IMG/VR virus record: IMGVR_UViG_3300005058_000014
Coordinates: 1 to 37,836 of that record
Origin: a virus
Lineage: Duplodnaviria; Caudoviricetes
Direction: 5' to 3' (one strand)
DNA length: 37,836 nt
In this document: positions 35,943-37,836 of the stretch, piece by piece
How positions within the stretch are numbered: the stretch's first letter is position 1
Layout of the letters: each line of letters opens with the position of its first letter
Notes under the pieces: model-generated
The model's input: the letters and a program-made list of their open reading frames with translations, nothing else
Database searches by the model: none
What the model was told of the DNA's origin: nothing
Made by a program: the position numbers and the translations under genes

Positions 35943-36380
35943 ATGGCAACAGGCGATTACATATTGCACAAAATGAACTCTTCGTCTGATTGGGAAGAGA
36001 AAGTGGTGTTGGCTGAAAGTGGCAAGTTTTTAGCTTTTAACTCCAACCTTGACCCTGTAATGCAAACTCCAGGCGGAGGCTTTAGTGTTGCTACAAAAAC
36101 AAGCCTGACTATCGACCTAAACGAAGCTTCATACTTCATAGTAACCATTAGCGCAAGCTCAGGATTCACACTTACGAATGTAGGTACAGGTCTGTGGACA
36201 TTTCTGATTAAGAATAGTGGAGCTACATCAATAGATATCTCTATTCCAACAACAGCAAACAATGTATATCCACAATCAACAGTTACAATTCCTGCAGGCA
36301 AGAGGGTTGAAATATCGTTGGTTAGTAACGGTACTTTGAGGATATGGTCTGTTGGTAATACCTTGACGGATGGTGCATAA
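35943..36380 (+). CDS. Putative tail-fibre-related protein
   Basis: Beta-rich and S/T-rich. N-terminus resembles that of 35048..35938. Confidence 0.55.
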   Translation: MATGDYILHKMNSSSDWEEKVVLAESGKFLAFNSNLDPVMQTPGGGFSVATKTSLTIDLNEASYFIVTISASSGFTLTNVGTGLWTFLIKNSGATSIDISIPTTANNVYPQSTVTIPAGKRVEISLVSNGTLRIWSVGNTLTDGA

Positions 36381-37333
36381 TGCTGGCAAGAAGAAGATTT
36401 CATAATAGAACATCATTAGAGTCAGCTGATAAGTTGTTTGTTGCAGGCAGGTACTTAAACGGCACTACCCCGAATAGGACTCACTTATTGAGATACAATA
36501 TATCGGACTGGTCTTTGGATACTTCAATCCAATATGGTTCTGAGGCGAACTATGCGTATTCTATTGCAGATGATTCTTCAAAAGTTTATGTTGGAACGAA
36601 TGTTACAGATTTTGTCAGAACTATTTTGAAGTCAGACTTTTCTCAAGGCTCTATTGCGGCAAATACTAATTTTGGTTACAGAGTTGCTGTGGATGACAAT
36701 TATATTTATACTGCTTATACTGTCTATGTTTACGTTTTTAACAAGTCAACAGGAGCTCTTATAACGAGCCTTGTAGCAGGAGACTACAGTCTTGGAAGTA
36801 TCTATTCTCTTTGCGTGGATGATAGCTATGTGTATGCAGGCGGCGCATTTGGACAGAGATTTACAGTATTTAGGAAGTCTGATTGGGCAGAAATAACAGG
36901 CACACCAACATTCAATAATCGAGTAAATGCAATAGCCTCTGACGGTACTTATGTTTATATCGGCGGTCAGTTTACGGGTGGTTTTAAGGTTATGAATAGA
37001 AGCACTATGACGTTGCTGACTACTTCGATATCTATTGCAACGGTAAATGGTATTGCTATAGACAATGACAGGGTATATCTTACAGGAAGCTTTACCGGAA
37101 CAAATAGGTCACGTGTGGCGGTGCTTAGTAAGTCTGATTTTAATACTGTGATTACAAATGTGACAGGTCTTTCGACGACAGGTGTAGGCATTGATGTCTG
37201 CGACAGATATCTTTACCTGGCAACAGCGGGATCTATTGTTGTCAAAGACAAAAACAGGCTGCATGAGAACGTGACTACAATCACTTTAAGCGGTTCTCCT
37301 GAAATTAATTTTATCAAGGCGGTCTCGGTATGA
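36380..37333 (+). CDS. Beta-propeller-like virion/receptor-binding protein
   Basis: ~40-aa repeats (SIADDSSKVYVG, VAVDDNYIYTA, LCVDDSYVYAGG, IASDGTYVYIGG, IAIDNDRVYLTG, IDVCDRYLYLA). Confidence 0.7.
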   Translation: MLARRRFHNRTSLESADKLFVAGRYLNGTTPNRTHLLRYNISDWSLDTSIQYGSEANYAYSIADDSSKVYVGTNVTDFVRTILKSDFSQGSIAANTNFGYRVAVDDNYIYTAYTVYVYVFNKSTGALITSLVAGDYSLGSIYSLCVDDSYVYAGGAFGQRFTVFRKSDWAEITGTPTFNNRVNAIASDGTYVYIGGQFTGGFKVMNRSTMTLLTTSISIATVNGIAIDNDRVYLTGSFTGTNRSRVAVLSKSDFNTVITNVTGLSTTGVGIDVCDRYLYLATAGSIVVKDKNRLHENVTTITLSGSPEINFIKAVSV

Positions 37334-37836
37334 GCAAGAAACTTGTAATATATAGCATTGAGAATGATTCAAAAATTCTTGCTGATTTGATAGCCGGATC
37401 AAATGTTACTGTCTCAAGAGATACCCATGGTAATTACATCATTGAATCCTATCAAGAATTTGTTGATGAGTTGGTGAGAGTAAGTTCAGCGGACACAATC
37501 GCCGGATTATTGTCAGACAAGATTGTTGATGGATCAGGGATAGAAATTGAAATATTAAATCCGGGTGGTAATGAGCAATTACTTATCAAGACAGATAATT
37601 TCCCATTTTATAAGATAAATATACCTGATGATTTATCTGCTATATCTGGTAATGAGTATTATTGGGAGACAGATTTGCCTTATAGTGAGGGGATATATGA
37701 TGTTCATGTTTTCATAGGTATCAGCGAGCGTGATGCTTCGAATTTGGAAGTGAATGTTTCTTTAGTGCAACAATTAAGTATTTACGATGCAGAAAGTGGT
37801 GATTATCGAGCTATTGGTGCATCCCATCTTCTTGGT
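37330..37836 (+). CDS. Partial structural protein (runs off the window end)
   Basis: ATGA overlap with the previous stop. Open to the end: MSKKLVIYSIENDSKILADLIAGSNVTVSRD...VRVSSADTIAGLLSDKIVDGSGIEIEILNPGGNEQLLI... Confidence 0.65.
   Translation, partial: MSKKLVIYSIENDSKILADLIAGSNVTVSRDTHGNYIIESYQEFVDELVRVSSADTIAGLLSDKIVDGSGIEIEILNPGGNEQLLIKTDNFPFYKINIPDDLSAISGNEYYWETDLPYSEGIYDVHVFIGISERDASNLEVNVSLVQQLSIYDAESGDYRAIGASHLLG

Noticed and set aside
34473..37836. Diversity-generating retroelement targeting the fibre genes
   Set aside because: No reverse transcriptase gene is present, and I saw no TR/VR pair with adenine-specific mismatches in the window.
1..37836. Stop-codon reassignment (alternative genetic code)
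   Set aside because: Conserved genes are full length and densely packed under the standard code. TAA, TAG and TGA all act as stops, and the only canonical tRNA is not a suppressor.

Overview
This window is almost entirely one AT-rich temperate dsDNA phage or prophage, probably of an FCB-group host (Bacteroidota/Ignavibacteria-like). The host inference rests on TAnnTTTG promoter boxes and a Gln-after-signal-peptide endolysin. From left to right: (1) a leftward immunity region (DUF4041/T5orf172 protein, stand-alone S24 peptidase, HTH repressor-like protein) with an 11-bp-phased operator-like array; (2) a rightward early/replication operon (small regulators, PD-(D/E)XK nuclease, DnaA_C-DUF4406 fusion, an aberrant tRNA-like element, primase-helicase, a GTGTACAC iteron cluster that is probably the origin, SNF2-like helicase, VRR-NUC, Mor-like activator); (3) a 7.5-kb Type I restriction-modification cassette (hsdM-GxxExxY-hsdS-X-hsdR), where X looks like a proteasome-beta/Ntn-hydrolase and the GxxExxY gene sits between ~43-bp imperfect inverted repeats; (4) a leftward packaging operon (ParB-MTase, TerS, PBSX-type TerL, DUF935 portal, Mu gpF, truncated gpG-like gene); (5) a 10 x 13-bp tandem array bounded by a perfect 20-bp inverted repeat; (6) a rightward operon for head (ClpP protease, major capsid, DUF2190, DUF1320), lysis (holin-like proteins, CHAP endolysin, tRNA-Gly, u-spanin-like lipoprotein) and tail-fibre-like proteins that runs off the window. 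No integrase, transposase, tape-measure, tail tube or sheath gene is visible. All family calls are from motif recognition by eye, not database searches.
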